From: Hemiscyllium ocellatum
Taxonomy: Eukaryota
Assembly (NCBI RefSeq): GCF_020745735.1
Contig: NC_083403.1
Span: 122,716,526-122,780,525, forward strand
Reading direction: 5' to 3'
DNA: 64,000 nt
The notes beneath the pieces are model-generated. The model was not told where the DNA came from. It saw only the letters and a program-made list of their open reading frames with translations, and did no database searches. Positions 61,995-64,000 of this stretch are shown in pieces. Within the stretch, counting starts at the first letter, position 1. The number at the start of each line of letters is the position of its first letter. Position numbers and translations under genes: made by a program.

Positions 61995-64000
61995 GCTTTC
62001 ATCATTTATATCCGTGACTTGGATGTGAATATAAGAGGTATAGTTACCAAGTTTACAGATGACACCAAAATTGGAGGTGTACTAGACAGTGAAGAAGATT
62101 ACCTCAGGTTACAATGATCTTGATCAGCTTGGCCAATGGGCCAAGTTGTGAGGGATGGAGTTTAATTTAGATAAATGTGAGATGCTGCATTTTGGAAAGG
62201 CAAATCAGGGCAGGACTTAATGGTAAGGTTCTATGGAGTGTTGCTGAACAAAATGGCCTTGGAGTGCAGGTTCGTAGTTCCTTAATTGTTGAGTGTCAGG
62301 TAGATAGGAGAAAGTGAGGACTGCAGATGCTGGAGACCAGAGTTGAAAAGTATGGTGCTGGAAAAACACAGCAGGCCAGGCAACATCCGAGGAGCAGGAG
62401 AATCGATGTTTCGGGCATAAGCCCTTCTTCAGGAATGAGGCTGAGATAAAAGGTGGTGGTGGTGGGGGGTGGAATTTGGGGACGGGGCGCTGGGAATACG
62501 ATAGGTGGAAGGAGGTGAGGGTGAGGGTGATAGGCCGGAGAGGGGGTGGGGGCGGAGAGGTAGGGAAGAAGATTGCAGGTCAAGAGGATGGTGTTGAATC
62601 TGGGGGGTTGGGACTGAGATAAGGTGGGGGGAGGGGAAATGAGGAAGCTGGAGATATCTACGTTCATCCCATGTGGTTGGAGGGTTCCTAGGCGGAAGAT
62701 GAGGCGATCTTCCTCCAGGCGTCGTGTGGCTAGGGTCTGGCGATGGAGGAGGCCAAGGACCTGCATGTCCTTGGTGGAGTAAGAGGGGGAGTTAAAGTGT
62801 TCAGCCATGGGGCGGTTGAGTTGGTTGGTGCGGGTATCCCAGAGGTGTTCCCTGAAACATTCCACAAGTAGGGGCCCTGCCTCCCCAATGTGGAGGAGAC
62901 CACATCGGATGCAGTGGATACAGTAAATAATGTGTGCAGAGGTGCAGGTGAATTTGCGATGGATATGGAAGGATCCATTGGGGCCTTGGAGGGAGGTGAG
63001 GGGGGAGGTGTGGGAGCAAGTTTTGCACTTCTTGCTGTTGCAGGGGAAGGTGCTGGGAGTGGAGATTGGGTTGGTGGGGGATGTGGACCTGACGAGGGAA
63101 CCGCGGAATGAGTGGTCTCTCCAGAACGCTGATAGGGGTGAGGATGGAAATATATCCCTGGTGGTGGGGTCTGTTTGGAGGTGGCGGAAATGACGGAGGA
63201 TGATACGATGTATCCGAAGGCTGGTGGGGTGGAAGGTGAGGACCAGTGGGGTTCTGTCCTGGTGGCAATTGGAGGGGCGGGGTTCAAGGGCGGAGGTGCG
63301 GGAAGTGGAGGAGATGGGGTGGAGAGCATCGTCGACCATGTCGGAAGGGAAATTATGGTCTTTGAAGAAGGAGGCCATTTGGGCTGTTCGGTAGTGGAAT
63401 TGGTCCTCCTGAGAGCAGATGTGGCGGAGGCGAAGGAATTGGAAATATGGGATGGCGTATTTACAGGGGGCAGGGTGAGAAGAGGTGTAATTTAGGTAGC
63501 TGTGGGAGTCAGTCGGTTTGTAGTAAATGTCTGTGTTGAGTCGGTCGCCCGAGATAGGATAGGATAGATAGGTAGATAGGATAGTGAAGAAGGCATTTAG
63601 TATGCTTTCTTTATTGGTCAGTATTTTGAGATGGGAGGTCATGTTGTCGATGTATAGGATATTGGTTAAGCCACTTTTGGAATACAGTGTGCAATTTTGG
63701 TCTCCGTCCTATAGTAAGGATGTTGTGAAGTTTGAAGAGGTGCAGAAAAGCTTGACAAGGATGTCGCCAAGGTTGGAGCATTTGAGATATAGGCTGGGGC
63801 TGATTTCCCTGGAGCGTGGAGGCTGATGGGTGACGTTATACAGGTTTACAAAATCATGAGGTTCATGGATAAGGTAATAGACAAAATCATTTCCACATGG
63901 TGGGAGAGTCCAGAACTAGAAGGCATAGGTTTAGGGTGAGAGCGGAAAGATTTAAAAAAGGACCCGAGGGCAACATTTTTGTGCAAAAGGTGGTGCATGT
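61995..64000 (+). mobile_element. CR1 LINE fragment split by a PLE
   Basis: aagtttacagatgacaccaaaattgg before 62300; ILVKPLLEYSVQFWSP after 63580. Confidence 0.85.
62310..63552 (-). mobile_element. Penelope-like element (Neptune-type), 5'-truncated
   Basis: 448-aa ORF 62296-63642 contains RT thumb, CNSKKCKTC and LLHIGEAG..CFREH; TSD aggtagatagga at 62298-62309 and 63570-63581; hammerhead motif at about 62401-62436. Confidence 0.92.

Overview
Vertebrate genomic DNA, almost certainly a cartilaginous fish (shark): V-SINE/HE1-type and DeuSINE-type SINEs, CR1 LINEs and abundant Penelope-like elements (PLEs). It holds the conserved vertebrate gene block RNASEH1 (- strand, only coding exon 1 identified), RPS7 (+ strand, complete: non-coding TOP exon 1 plus six coding exons giving 194 aa) and COLEC11 (+ strand, first two coding exons). 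Nearly all long ORFs in the supplied track are retroelement fragments or their shadow frames. Most notable: (1) a dense population of fold-back PLE insertions, from about 130 bp to a 3-kb palindrome, with 9-16 bp target-site duplications and minimal hammerhead-ribozyme motifs from three sequence families, several next to the RNASEH1 and RPS7 promoters or inside RPS7 introns; (2) a U17/SNORA73-like relic in RPS7 intron 6 with stems kept but functional motifs changed; (3) templated insertions and snap-back hairpins at retroelement junctions. All calls were made by eye without searches, and repeat boundaries are approximate.
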